A stretch of 64,000 bases of DNA from Octopus sinensis (Eukaryota): assembly GCF_006345805.1 (NCBI RefSeq), contig NC_043004.1:106454001-106518000 (forward strand), given 5' to 3'. The position numbers and the translations under genes are program-made. Every line of letters begins with the position of its first letter. The stretch's first letter is position 1. The notes below the pieces were generated by a model. That model ran no database searches, was not told the origin of the DNA, and worked only from the letters and a program-made list of their open reading frames with translations. Shown in pieces: positions 26,285-41,200 of this stretch.

Positions 26285-29200
26285 CTATATGTATATGATG
26301 GGTTTCCATGCACTCAGATTCCATCTATCAATGTATTGGTCAACCCAACACTCAAGATCATATGGTAACAAAACAAGCTCCATATCCACAGAGCTATGCT
26401 TGTGCTCAACTATTCCATGTTCAACTATAGACAGTTGCTCAATATGAATTCTCAATTCAATATGATTTGGCCAGTGTCACTTGTATGAGTAGTAAACAAT
26501 TACAAAATATCAATATGAAAGTTTTATATTTTCCATTTATTTCAGGGCTCTTCTATAGCAAGACACCTGTTTCTATCCCTCTGTCAAACTTTAACCTCTC
26601 TTTACCACCTCTCTCAGTATTACACACATCTCAGTTGAGGGGTCTTGTCTTGTGAGTTACTTGGTGACCTCACTGGTGCTGGTGCCACTTTGTACAATCT
26701 GTAAAGTGATTAGCATTAGGAATGGCATTCAGCTGTAGAAACCATGCCGAAGCAGACATTGGAGCTTGGCACTATATTCTGGCTTGTCAGCTCCTGCTGA
26801 ACCACCCAAACCATACCAGCCTGGCAAGCAGACATTAAATAGTGATGATGATGATGGTAATAAGTTCTTTTTATGTAAAATAATCTATAACTAGAAGTTA
26901 GAGGCACATAGACAGACACACCCATATAAATGGATAGGGGAATAATGGTTGGAGAGAAATCTATAAATAGATGGATGTTTACAAATGTTGGCATACTTGT
27001 AAATTAGATATTCACTTTTTTCTTTCTCATCACTCTAGATGTTCCAGATGCACAAAGTAATTCACCATCTCCAGCCAATGAACCATCAGAAGAAACAGCA
27101 GTGGAGAATGTTTCAGCCGTTAAACAATGCCCGCTCAAGACGGAAAGCAATACTTCATCACCTGGTGAGAAAACTTTTACTTTACTAATCCTTTGTGGCA
27201 CTTCACATCTTTTGGTTCTCTCTGTGTCACTCTTATTCATTCTCTGTATGAAAGTAATGATTTCAAATTTTGGCACAAAACCAGCAGTTTTGAGTAAGTC
27301 AATTACTTCGACCCCAGTAATCAACTGGCTCTTATTTTATCAACCTCGGAAAGATGAAAGGCAAAGTCGACCTCAGCAGAATTTGAACTCAGAGCATAAA
27401 GACAGACGAAATGCTGCTAATCATTTTGCCTCGTTTGCTAATGATTCTACGAGCTCCCTGCCTTATTTCTACCTGAAAATAATAAAATACATTAAGCAAA
27501 GGACCTTTTATTTATTAAGTCGTGGAATGCAATCAATTTACTTGGTCCTATCATCATCAACCTCAGCAAGAGAAAAATCAGTCACTGCACTATTGAGATT
27601 TGAACTCACAAATAGGTGCAGGCATGACTGTGTGGTTAAGAAATTTGCTTTCCAATCATGTGATCTTGTGCCAATCCTACTGGGTAGTATCTTAGGCAAC
27701 TGTCTTCTGCTATATCTCCACCCCCAGGCCAACAAATGGCTTGTGAGTGGATTTTGTAGGCAGAAACTGAAAGCAGCCTGTTGTGTGTGTATGTTGATGT
27801 GCAATTTTGCCTCAGCATCACATGATGGTTATAAATGAGCATCGTCATCCTACAAGCAGTGTTGTTTATTTTCAGTCTTCCATGAAAAACCTGTTTGGCT
27901 ATTGGGAAATATTAACCTTGCTTGGAAACAGGTGTGGCTTTGCAATTGGAAGGGTATTTCGTCTGCCACTACATTCTGAGTTCAAATTCTGCCGAGGTTG
28001 ACTTTGCCTTTCATCCTTTCGGGGTCAATTAAATAAGTACCAGTTACGCACTGGGGTCGATATAATTGGCTTAATCCATTTGCAATAGAAAAGCGGATAT
28101 TAAATGATGATGACAATGAAATCTGGGGCAATGACCTCACTAATTTAAAATACATAAATCATTGTCCATTGTTTGAAGTAGCTTCGTCATTCATTTTATT
28201 TACTGTAATAGCAAAAATAATTAAAACTGAATTTCGTTTAGCTGGTCTTGAGTATCTCTTCTTTTGAAACTCAATTTTTATGAGTTTTAACAGAGAGGAA
28301 AGTGTAAGTCTACAGAAAATCTATTGTCCTATTAATTAATTACTTTTTTTTCCCTGCTGGTTTGAAGTATGATGACCTTAATTTATCTTAAAGCAAAGTT
28401 GAACATGAAAGTATTAAGAGTTTATACACTGCTTACAGCAATGAATGTACTTTGTAAAAAAAGTACCTACTTACAGCAGTAATTTTGTCTTCAGTCTTCA
28501 ATGACTCTTATTTATAACCATAATTTGTACTTCTCCAAAATATCTACATACAGTAGTGAACTGTACTTCACTTCTTAATACCACCTATTTTCAAGTAGAG
28601 TTCAAATACATCACATAGTAAGTGCCTTTACCAGATACAGTGGTAAAACCAAGGACAAACTACAAACTGTCAATTCTTTAGAGAATTACAATAGAGATAT
28701 AGTGATTCAGGCAGTTGTTACTCTTTATTTAGTATTAATGCTGTGATGTTCTTTAGTTTTGAAGTTACTCTCTTTTATATTTTTGTTTTGTTGAAAAGTA
28801 TGACTATAGGTGCGGATATGGCTATGAGAGTAAGAAGTTTTCTTTCCAACTATGTGATCTTCCACTATAGTTCCAGGCTGACCAAAGTTTTGTGAATGGA
28901 TTTGGTATGTAGAAACGGAAAGAATCGGTGAGCTGACAGAAACATTAGCACACCGGGCGAAATGCTTAGCGGTATTTCGTCTGCCACTACATTCTGAGTT
29001 CAAATTCTGCCGAGGTCGACTTTGCCTTTCATCCTTTCGGGGTCAATTAAATAAGTACCAGTTACGCACTGGGGTCAATATAATCGACTTAATCCATTTG
29101 TCTGTCCTTGTTTGCCCCCTCTGTGTGTAGCCCCTTGTGGGCAGTAAAGAAATAAGAAACTGAAAGAAGCTCATTGTATGTGTGAGAGAGAGAGAGAGAG

Positions 29201-32200
29201 AGTGTGTATTTGTGTCTCCTTGTCTTCATATCGCATGGTAGCTGCAAACGAGTATCACTGTCATACAAGTTGTGTTGTTTATTTCCAATCTTTTGCAACA
29301 TCTGGTCTCGGAGAAGTATTAACTTGTTTGAAGCAGCTGAGGGTTGTGAGAGAAAGGGCATCCAACTGTGAAAAAAAAAAAAAAAAAAAACTGTCTTAAC
29401 GGATTCTGTCCAATCCGTGCTAACAAGTAAAAGTGGACATTAAAACGATGACAATATACTGTTCATTTTAAGTAGGCAAGCTGGCAGAATTGTTAGCATA
29501 CCAGACAAATTGCTTAGCAGCATGTCATCTATCTTTACATTTTGAGTTCAAATTCTGTTGAGGTCAACTTTGCCTTTCATCCTTTCTGGTTTGATAAAAT
29601 AAGTACCAGTTGAGCACTGGGGGTCACTGTAATTGACTTGCTCTCTTCCCTGAAATTGCTGGCCTTGTGCCAAAAATTTGAAACCAACATACTATTCCTT
29701 TGATTTTTCCTGTTGACTTAATAATTTATTATTGTGACCATCACCATTGGTTAGCTTTAAATATTGCAGAGTTATCTCTATTCCAGCTTATTATGTATGT
29801 ATCTATTGATCTCTTACCTAATATAGTGACAACAACCTTTTGATTACTTTTGTCTTTCCACATTGTGTATATTTGCAATTATTACCTCCGCCTTCGCTAA
29901 GGCAGAGGTATTGTTTTCATTCGTGTTTGTTTGTCTGTGGACAAAATATCTCAAGAACCGCTTGATGGATTCGGATGAAACTTTCCGGGAGGTTTGGCCT
30001 CATGACTGGCATGAACTGATAAGATTTTGGGATCAATCCAGTACCGGACAGGGATTCTGTATTATTTTTCTGGCTTTTTTACTTAATCTATGAGAGTGGT
30101 CGGGTTCATTTTTAGTATTCTTGTTTGTGAGAACAGTCAAGTTTATTTCAGATTTTCTCATTTTAAAAATCATCTCTGGCTAATCGTTGAGGGGACATTT
30201 GTGTTGCCTTGGCGGAGATTTGTGCTCTCTGAGTGCTCTTGTTTTTATTTACTTTTACATTTGTGTTCTAGAAATATAATGAGTTTATGAAATTGTATCA
30301 TTACATGGTTTTTCCCTTTGATATTGCAGAGACTGAGGAAGAAAGCAGTGTCTCCGAGGATGCTGAGCTGCAGACAAAACACCCTGATAGCCCGATGAAC
30401 CCTCAACGTCGAAGTCTGACAAGTGTTCTTAGTCGCATTAGCAGTATTTTAGATAGAGGAAGCTCAGTAAGTCATTTTCTAATGTGACATCTTATAACTG
30501 TTTTGTTCCATTTGGGCATATATACGTCTATATATATATATATATATATATACGTCTGTATACACATGGCAAGTGGATTGGATATAAAGATGTGCAGGTC
30601 ATGGATCATGTCTTCAAGCATTTTTATCATTTTGGATTTCTGACTACAACACTTTCACTTTGTTATGAATCAATAATTAAAAGTATTGGTATGCTTTACC
30701 TTGTGTTACATTACAATTATCAAGACTAATTAATTAAGTACATCCGTAATAGCTTACTTCAATTTGCACTGTTCTTCTTCTTAATTCCTTCCACTCTGTG
30801 CGGAGTGCAGGGCACCAGCTAGTTTTGTGTTAAAATTGACCAAATCCGACCTCTCACACCTACCCTTCAATGTCATTCTAAAAATATACAAACACACCGT
30901 TGAAATCTTGAAGCTACAAGATAATGCATGATTAATTCAAAGCAATGAATAAATAAGCCATGCATTTGACAAAGAAACCTGAATGCAAAAGGGTTGAATA
31001 TTTTTCTAGCTAATCCATGCCAGCATGGAAAGCAGATGTTAAATGATGATGATGATGATGACAATTTCTAAAATTACTCATCAGCAACTGAAAGTTGTCA
31101 CAATATAGTCACACACACACACACACACACACATCTATGATGATGATGTTGATATTGAACTGTAATATTTTAGGGTTAATATTGTTTATTTGATATTTTT
31201 TGCAGAAAGAAAGTGATTTTAAGCAATATTGGATGCCTGACAGCAGCTGTAGGGAGTGCTATGATTGTGGGGATAAATTTACCACATTAAGAAGGCGCCA
31301 CCACTGCCGGATTTGTGGCCAGATCTTTTGCAGCAAATGCTGTAATCAAGAATTACCAGGAAAGATCATGGGCCACAGAGGTAAAACAGGTTTTCACTGT
31401 AATCATCATTCCTCATTATCAAGTAGCCATTTTTCTTATCACTTTTGTCATGAAACATTTGAGTATGAGTCTCCCTAGGTTAATGCTTTCTTTCTTTAAA
31501 TATGTCAGGCTTTATGTAGTTAACAGCCGTTGTTAAGATTTAGTAGATGTCTGAGGCTTTAGTATTCAGAGGATAGAATTCAATTACGGTGTCACTTTTG
31601 AGTTGCTTGCCAGCTGTTGTTCGAACAGTGAAATGCAATAATACTATTGAACAAGTGATATATGTAGGCATTGAATTTAATGAATTTGGCATGTACTCTA
31701 GTTTCCTTTGATGTTTATTCATATTGTTCTGTTGGTGAAATACTCAGAACAAAACTATGATATTCATTGTCGTGTCACCATTCTAGAATAGGTTAGACAT
31801 GTTTTGAATCAAGTATTTTATGGTTAGAAGCATTTATTTGAGCTAAGCCATTCCATCATAAGAGATAGACAGTCTGTTGGAAAATTTCAACTTATAGTAT
31901 ATGGACTTCCGATTGAATCTTAGCTCCTATGCAGCTTAGTTATCATGATCTTATTTGGATCTTTTTTTATCTTCCCATAATGGGTGCCAAGACATGTGTT
32001 GTTCTAATAACAAGATAAAATGAGTAACTTAGTAAATCAATAAATTATGCTGAGTCCACCATCTCAATTGCCTGTAGTAATCTTGGTGAACATCAGATAT
32101 TTGTTTGATTAGATTATAATCAATGAAACTTTATTGAAACTATCCAACCAGTGTTAGAGCCCAGTCTTATTTCATGAACCAGTGATTTGAGAAAGGCTGC

Positions 32201-35200
32201 TCAGTTGAATATAACATAATAAAGATTTGTCTTTCTTTTTACACTGTCAGGTTGATGAATGAGTCCTGGTGACTTTCTTGACAAGAGCTATGTGATAATC
32301 ATAGTAATTTTGTGGTTCTAGTTGTCTGTTTTGGCATGGTAACCATGGCTAAATGCCCTTCCTAACACTAGCCATTTTATAGAGTGAACTAATTGCTTTT
32401 TACATGGCACCAGCACTGGCACCAAATATTGTAAATTTGTCCAACACTCTAACAATTCCTCAAATCCACCACCCTGGACAGGTATTATATTTCACTGATT
32501 TCCAGGAGGATGAAAAGCAAAGTTGGCCTCTCTGGGATTTGAACTCAGAACATAGAGTACCAGAACAAATATTGTAAGGAATTATTTGTCTGATGCATTG
32601 TTTATTCTTCAGATTTATATTGTATCAAATGGATGTCTTATAAAACTATTCCGCATACACAATAACAGCCATACCAACAATCCAACGTACCTCCATCATA
32701 AGCTGTGGATATCACTATGGTTTCGACACCTGGGCAGTACCATTCAATCCAGTAGTATCAACAGCACTAAAATATGACAGTGATTTTCAACATAGGCATA
32801 AAGTCCCAAATTTATCTGGATGGAGTAAAGTTGATTGAAAGATGAAAGTACTGGTACTTATATAATCAAATCCCTGAGGGAGAAAAGGCAAATTTGACCT
32901 CGTTAGAATTTGATTGGCTGCAAGGTATTTTGCCCATCACTACGACTGATTCGGCTAATCCTCTTCCCCTTTTTCCTGACATAAATAATGACTATATATT
33001 TATTGCTTTCTTTGTTTGTTTGTTTTTGTAGGTGGTGTGCGTGTGTGTGAGTATTGTTGTCGTGCAGTTACAACATATACAAAACAACAAGGTAGCACTT
33101 CTGGAGACCTTCAGAATTTCAAAGATGACTTGAAGAATTTGAATCCACTTCAGAGTGGGGAGAGCTTACCACCTGCCAATAGTGGATCAGGTGGTAAAGA
33201 TAGTGGCTGGTGGACCCCTGTTCTTCAGAAGAGGTACACTAGTTCAATTATGGATGAACAAATTCCTCATGGCCGGTAAGTTATTTAATTAAAAGAGTGA
33301 ACTCATAGTTGTGAGACTGTTTTGATGTTAGACACACTCACCCCTTGGCTGCATCCAAAAGAAAGATTATCCAACAAACTGACATGAATTCACTCACAAA
33401 CACACTTCAGCCTCTAACCCCCCACAAATCTCTTTTCTATTGCTACTAAAATGACTTCTGCCATTTAGAGCTGGTTCTTCTTCTGTCACCTCTGTTAAGA
33501 TATTCCTGACTCACTTGTCTACCATCACCTATATTGTAGCCACCTTCCCACCTCCTACAGTAACCACTGCATTACTCCTGTCTCAGAACATTGGTTGTCT
33601 GGCATTCCCTCCTTGTGTGTGTTTTTACCTGCAATTAATGACTTGGAGTTGTTCAAGAGAGACATTAATTGCATTTACCTTACCAGTAATATAGGGCCTG
33701 CAAATGCCATGGGCACAACTCCTTCCAGACCAATCCAATAAAAAAAAAAATGGGCAGAAGTTTCAAAGGGTTATTTCTTAACTCCCTTTTCTGTAGCATT
33801 AAGTAGGGGAGAGCAACACTAGTTTATAGATAGAACACTCATCTATTGTTATATATTTCCAGAGAAGTATGACAAGAAGGAATAGTCTTGGCCAGAGACA
33901 CAACAAAATGCACATAGCAAATGTAGTAGATATAAACTTTCAGTTCATTAATAGTGCACAACTCAGTTACATCATGGGCAGTTTGATGCTTGGAATGAAC
34001 TTGGATTTTGTTATGTTTGGAAACTATATTTTAAAGAAATGGTTGAAAAAAAAATTAAGGAAGCCATTGTAGTTAGTGTATCTCTCTAGTCTCTAGAATC
34101 CCTTGTTAAGCTATACTGTCATAGTTTTTCTCATTACTTTTTTAGAAAATTACTGTTAAGCTTTCTATAACATGGTGAATAAGAATTTTGGACCTTCCAT
34201 CATCATTTAACATCCAGTTTCCCTGCTGGCAATTCTGTATTTAATAATTAATGAGTTCAATTTCAGCTTGGGCACATGTGTACTTACTGGGTATTTGATG
34301 TTGAGCAGAGACTAAACCATTTAAAATGTTGTTCTATTAAAAATCAGTAAATCAGAGGTTAACCATCCAAAGATTATTTTTCATGAGTTTATAAACCAAC
34401 ATTTAAAAAAAGAAAAAGTCAGATTTTTTTCTCATCTCTGAGAGTTTGTGAAGTTTTACTCAAAGCCTTCATTCCCTGTGGAGCATTGACCATCAATGTT
34501 TTTTCCACTGTTCCCAGTTCTGAATTGTCTTTTCTGCTTCCCTCCAATTAGATCCCTGTTTTTCAGCTCTGCTTCAGAATCCTACCTCCAGTTATTTTTA
34601 GGGCATTCTCTCTCTTCTGCCTCTCTTGTGGGTTCCAAGGTCAGGGTTTGAAGTGTAATGTTGGCTGTTAGTTTCATTAAAGTGTGAGTTCCTCTTGGAT
34701 TTTGTTGTACCATATTATAAGTTTCCCTAAGGGGAAGGTCTTCCTCTCCCAGGTCTTGAATTCAAGAACAGAATTTATATATATTGATAAATATATTGGA
34801 ATAGCAAAAAAATTTGAAATACCTATCTCATATACAGTAAAGGTGCATAATGGAAAAGTTAGCTTTGACTCATCATCCATCTCCCAGGTGTCATCTCTGT
34901 GTCCAAGGGTCAGCTTTCTAAGACTCTCCAGTTTTCTCTGAATTGTGCTGCATGAATATTATCAGCCAGGCTCTTGTTTTCAGTCCATTTTTTTATGTCA
35001 TTGGTCCACAAGTGTCTCTGGTAGCCTCATATTCTTTTCTCCTCCATTACTTATCAGAACAGTCTTGGGCAATGGCTTGTATTGCATTGTATGTCCAAAA
35101 TATGATGATAGCTTTGTGGACTTGATTCTTAACAATAAGTGTCTTGGGACTTTCAGCTGTTCTAGTACTGCAGCATTTGTTATCCTGTCTTCCCAGCTTT

Positions 35201-38200
35201 TTCTGCTCAGTCTGTGAAAGATTCACACTTCAAAGGCATCTATCATCTGTTTTCATTTCTCTGTACAATGTCCCAGTTTCTGCACCACAGAGCATAACTG
35301 GCATAATTATGTTACTCTTACACAAAAACAAACCGGGAAGCTTCTGTATTGAAGAAGGTTTGATCAGCCATAAAAACAGTAAAGTTATGTTAATGCTGTT
35401 GAGAAAGGCATGAATACCATGATTTTTCTTACCTCACCTCTACTGTTTGTTACTATTGTCTTCATTTCTAAAAGAAAATTTCCTATGTATGCCAATATAA
35501 AAAAAATCATTAATGATATTATTATTTAACTTTTTTTTTAGGTCTCACAGTTCTCCAGATATTACCAATGGTGAGTCAAATAAGGTATCGGCACCTTTTG
35601 ACCTCACTCATCAACCAGAATTTGCTAGTATTGAAAATATTGCAAATGAAAGTAAGAAACTAACACAGGTAACTCTTCTTCTTTTTCCCCCCATCAATTC
35701 CACAAATTAGATTAAGCTTCTATATCTGCATACAAACTCATTCAAACTTCCAAACTTTATTAAATGATTTTTGTCAATGCAAATTACTAATATTTTGTTT
35801 GAACTCTGAGTTTTATTTATTTATCAAACAGCACTTAGTCATGCTAAAGATCCCAATGTTATTTTCAGATTTAAGTCTCTTCTTCTTTTCTTTATTTTCT
35901 AAAGACTGCAAATGAAAAGAGAATTCTTTATTCTATTTAATCCATGGAACTAAATTAGGCAAGACATTCAAGATATTCTAAGCAACTGAAGTGAACTGGC
36001 AATAATCATTAAAGCTCAATAGTTCAAGGTTTAAATACGTTGCACAGCTGGATATTACTGTTTTTCTATTTGCCTTTTTTTTTTGTAGAATTCTCTGCAG
36101 TTACGGGAACTTTGGCGTCACATTCAACATCCCAAAGATGGTGTTGAAATGCAGAGTCACCGATTTCGTTTAAAAACCTACCAACATTGTGTGACCGGAA
36201 AAGAACTGGTCGAATGGCTTCTGAGGAATGGAAAGGCTGCAAAACGGTGAATATATTTTCTTATTGTGTTTGTACTTAGAGGATTACCGTTCTGGCATAA
36301 ATCTTAGCATAGGCTTTTATCTGATGCTTGTTTCAGTCATTAGATTGTGGCCATGCTGGAGCACCACCCTTGATGGGTTTAATTGAACAAATCAGTTTCA
36401 GTTCTTATTTTTTTTTATGTCTAGTACTTATTCTATCAGTTCCTTTTGCTGAACTGCCATGTTATAGAGATGTAAACAAAGCAAACACCAGTTGTCAAGC
36501 AGTGGTGATGGGAGACATACACAAAGACACACACACACACATTCACAAGACCTCGTTTGGCCCAGGGCTATAGTGGATGGCACTTGCCCAAGGTGCCGTG
36601 CAATGGAACTGAACCCAAAATTATGTCATTACAGAGTAACTTTCTTAACCATACAGTCATGTCAGTGACTGTATTTTCAGGGTCTTTTTTCTCTTTCGCA
36701 TTTCCTTTCAAACTGCAACTATTATTGTAATTAAATCAGCACACTAATTAACATTTTATTTGTATTTGTTTGTCTGAAACGGAATCACATTAACTGTGGC
36801 TTTCTTCAGCTTTCAACTAAGGAATGGTTAAATGAAATTCAATTATTTTAAAGTTAGTAAGTATGGACTAGAGGGTTAACTGTCCAATCCTATTTCATAT
36901 CTGAATGTAATTTATTTTCTCTTTCAGAGTTCAAGCTGTTGCAATTGGTCAAGCACTTATTGATGCCTCATATCTTGAGTCAGTTTGCCGACAGCTGTCC
37001 TTCTTTCAAGATGATTACACACTTTACAAACCAGGAGAGGTCAGTATGTGAACTTTATTTAAACAATGCTTTGGGTGAGAAAAATCTAAAGTGATGAGTT
37101 GATTTGAATTCTATAATATTGAAAAGATTGAATGAGTTTGATGTTTCACTACCTTAACTTATTGTAATATAAGGTTAGTATTTTTCTGTGTTTCATGAGT
37201 AACTGGGCATTAAAAATATCAGTTAATGTTGTTATTGTTCCTGTTCAGCTGAAATCCTCTCAATTTCTCCAAGATAATTCAACTAGGAATGCATCATCCA
37301 ATGTGTGTTTCCTTTTCTTAAGAGAGCATTATCTAATCTGAGGAAGATTTAGCTGCTATATCTAGCAGGTTCAGTGACCATGTAGATACTCTCTCTTTGA
37401 CTTGATCAACTAATGTATGATGGAGAGATGATTACATATATATGTATTTGTAATACTTAAAGTTGAATATAATTAAAAAAAGAAAACAAAAAGTGAAGAA
37501 AAATAGCAGAAAGAATGAAAACTACTAAGGTTTATAAAAACTCGTCAGTAACTGATTTCCAACAGATACGGTTGCCTCAGTGACCAAACCACAGAAGTAC
37601 AAAAAGACTTCTACATCACTTCATAAGACCAAGATTTTACTTTTTAAATATATGAAATTTATATCTCTCGTATTTCTGTTGCTCTTAATAAATTTTGTTT
37701 ACTGGAATGGCTCAATAGTTCCTTTGAAGGATTGAAACTTACAAGTTCCAGCTAGTTGTAATTTCACTAATGCATAACCATAACTGGAAGCATTAATTTC
37801 ACACAAAGACATCTTTTATCATCATCATCATCATCGTTTAACATCCGCTTTCCATGCTAGCATGGATTGGATGGTTCGACTGGGGTCTGGGAAGCCAGGA
37901 GGCTGCACCAGGCTCCAGTCTGATCTGGCAGTGTTTCTACAGCTGGATGCCCTTCCTAACGCCAACCACTCTGTGAGTGTAGTGGGTTCTTTTTACGTGC
38001 CACTGGCACAGGGGCCAGAGGAGGCTGGCAACAGCCACGATCGGTTGGTGCTTTTTATGTGCCACCAGCACAGAAGCCAGTCTGAATTGTGTAAGTTCTA
38101 GTTGTGTATGAATGTGTCTTAATTGATAACAGTGATGAACTTCCTCCGTGTATTGTAGACTACATCAGTAGAGCTAGTTAAAATTCTTTTTAACATCTCA

Positions 38201-41200
38201 GAGGGAAAGGAACAGTGCTCATAACTTTGAGTTGGTCCCTTCAGATTAGTGAAGTCAATGAGGTTGATATTGAGTTTAAGGATCTTGGAGGTTGATATTT
38301 ATTGGAGATAATTCCAGTGGGTAGTGGTTTTGAAAAGGAAGTATTGGGAAAGAGGGTTTGGTATGTGATCAGGAATGAGATATAGCAGGGATGATGAGAG
38401 AAGGGGAGATGGATATGTTTAGTGGGCCTGAGTGGAGTTGTGTACAGCTAACTTTGTCAGAGGAGAAGAGGTTTTTGAAGTAGCATCTAAGAGAAGAAAG
38501 AGTGTGTAAGCCAGTGGTTAGTGTTATAGGGAAGGCGTTTTTAACCAATTTAAATGGTCATCTTTCAGTTATTCTCTAGAATACCTATGTATCATGCTGC
38601 AACAGTGTCACAGATATGTGACAATTATTGCAATATGCATCTTATTTAAGGTTTATAGGAAGTCAGCTACTGATCAAGATTGAAGTATATTCTGAGAATG
38701 GTCAGTCAGGGTTTAGTGGTGTAGAGAATGTTGACTAAGAGAATAATCTCCAGCACTCACTGGAGTAGCTCTGTCTAATCAATCAACTTGAAAGTCTACC
38801 ATTTAGTGTATGATGTGACATTTTAAAATATTGAGACTTACATTTTGGTTACAAGGAGTCCATAGAAGGATGACAGACACAAAAAGAATAGATTCACTGT
38901 AGATGGGAAATATTTTATCAGTTAGGATTTAGGACCAGTGTGGGTAGGATACAAATACAAAAGAGATATCCTTTGAGATGCTAAATCTTTTTCTTTCTAT
39001 TTCAGGCTGCCAATGCTTTGGAACAGACGCCACCTCCTAATATGCCTCCTTGTGTTGAAACAAACTTTGAACCATCCTGGTTAAAAGAAATCAACAACAA
39101 GGAATATGAAGATGAAAGTATTAACAGTAAGTAATTGGAATTCATTAAGTGGAGGTACATGGCTCAGTGGTTAGAGTGTGAAACTCACAACCATGAGGTA
39201 GTGAATTCGATTCCTGGACCAAGCTGTGTGCTGTGTTCTTGAGTAAAACACTTTATTTTACATTGCTCCAGTTCACTCAGCTGTAGAAATGAGTTACGAT
39301 GTCACTGGTGCCAAGCTGTGTCGGCCCCTTTGCCTTTCCCTTGGATAACATCTGTGGCATGGAGCGGGGAGGGTGGTGTGCATGGGTGACTGCTGGTCTT
39401 CCATAAACAACATTGCCAGGACTTGTGCCTTGGAGGGGAACTTTCAAGGTGCAATCCCATGGTCATTAATAACTGAAGGGGTTCTTTACCCTTTATTTTA
39501 CTGATTGCTATGGCAGCAGAATAGTCAGTCTTCTACTTGGTTGCTGACAATGGTTCCATTTTTAATTCAAGTAAAGCAGTTAGAAAATATCTGCCAAATG
39601 GAATCTTATCTTTATGAGCTTTAGTCACTGAACTGTGGCACCACATTGAAGGTTTTAATTGATACTTATTCTGTTGATTTCCTCTGCCAAACCACAAAGT
39701 TATGTGGCTGTAAACAAACCAACACTGGTTGTCAAATGGTGGTTAGGGACAAGCACATAGACACACACACACACACATAAATATATGATGGGCTTTCACA
39801 CAGTTTCCATCTATTAAATTCAATCACAAAGCATTGGGGCTATTGTGGAAGGCACTTACCTAAAGTGTCACACTGTGGGACTGAACCTGAAACCATGTGG
39901 TTGCAAAACAAGCTTCTTAACCACACAGCTATGCCTACTAGATTTATTAATATTTGCATAAAAGAATATCTAAGATTATTATTTACTCTTTATGTTTGTT
40001 CCTTCTCAAGCCATGCCTGGCTCATAAGGGCCGATTTTCTCAGTTTCCTTGGCGTATAGGTTCCCCACCTGGATGGGACGCCGGTCCGTCACAGGTGAAC
40101 TGCAAGATGCAGGAGGAAAGAGTCAGCAGAAGTTTGCCATTACCTTCTGCCGGAGCCACGTGGAGCTTCGGTGTTTCACTCATAAACACACACATCGCCC
40201 AGTCTGAGATTCGAACTCGCAATCCCTCGACCGCAAGTCTGCTGCTCTAACCACTAGGCCATGTGCCTCCACTTATTTACTCTTTATAATTGTGCATTTT
40301 TCTGTTGCTTTATATTAAAATAAAATAATAAACTTCATTCTTCTCTTTGTAGTCTCATTGTCTGATGATCAACAGGTTAGTAATTTCTTTGGTAGTCAGA
40401 AGTACAATGAAGGGGATTTATATGTTCATGCAAACCACTTTGACTCCTCTCAAAACAAGACGACTACAACCAAACCAAGGATTTCTGAAAATAAGAAATG
40501 TAAGAGATTCAAATTTTGTCATTATTAGTTTTATTAATAGAGTTTAGTTCCTTCTTTTTATCATTTTGCTCATCTCCTTCATTGTCACCACAATCTCTTC
40601 CACCATCTGATTTTCCATGCTTCTCCTCCCCTCCGTCCCCTTATCCTCCTATCCTTCCTACCGCTCTTCTACTGCCTCCCACTCTTCTACTCTCTCCCCC
40701 TCTCCTATTCCTTCCCTCCTTTCCTCCTCCCTTCCTCCCCTACTTTCCTCCTCCCTTCCTCTCCCTCTCTCCTCACCTTCTTCCTCTTCCTCCCCAATCA
40801 TCATCATATGTCTGTTTTCCATACTGGCAGGGTTGAACAGTTTGACAGAATCTGACAAGTTGCAGAGTTGCCTCAGGCCCCCAAATCAGCTTTGGCTTGG
40901 TTTCTATGGCTGGATGCTCTTCCTGATGCCAACCACTCTACACTGTGTTCTGGATGGTTTTTTTTTCTGTCCCATGACACTGGCACTTATGTCTGGTTTT
41001 CATAATTCCCTTTTCTTCAACTGAGTTTGATGTCCGTGAATTACTTTGCAAATTTGTGCATGAGCTGTTTCAGTTCTAACATGAATAGCTGTTGATGTTT
41101 GAGACATGTCAATCATTAACAGATTATGAACCTGATGATTTAAAATCTAAAGTTTCAAGTTTCTCAGAGATTCTAAATCTTCTTCTGTAATCTCATTGTA

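Noticed and set aside
27101-27838. 245-aa ORF as a separate gene
   Set aside because: Only the first ~21 codons belong to PIKfyve exon 2; the rest is read-through into intron and SINE sequence.
30467-31205. Possible micro-exon before the FYVE exon
   Set aside because: Flanking exons already join in phase 0 and no convincing AG...GT micro-exon was found.
35571-35576. Internal consensus donor G|GTGAGT in coding exon 6 (similarly CAG|GTTAGT at 40376 and the +4 GT at 62920)
   Set aside because: For 35571 and 40376 the phase does not match the next exon; 62920 is shifted 4 nt from the in-frame donor. No evidence of use from sequence alone.
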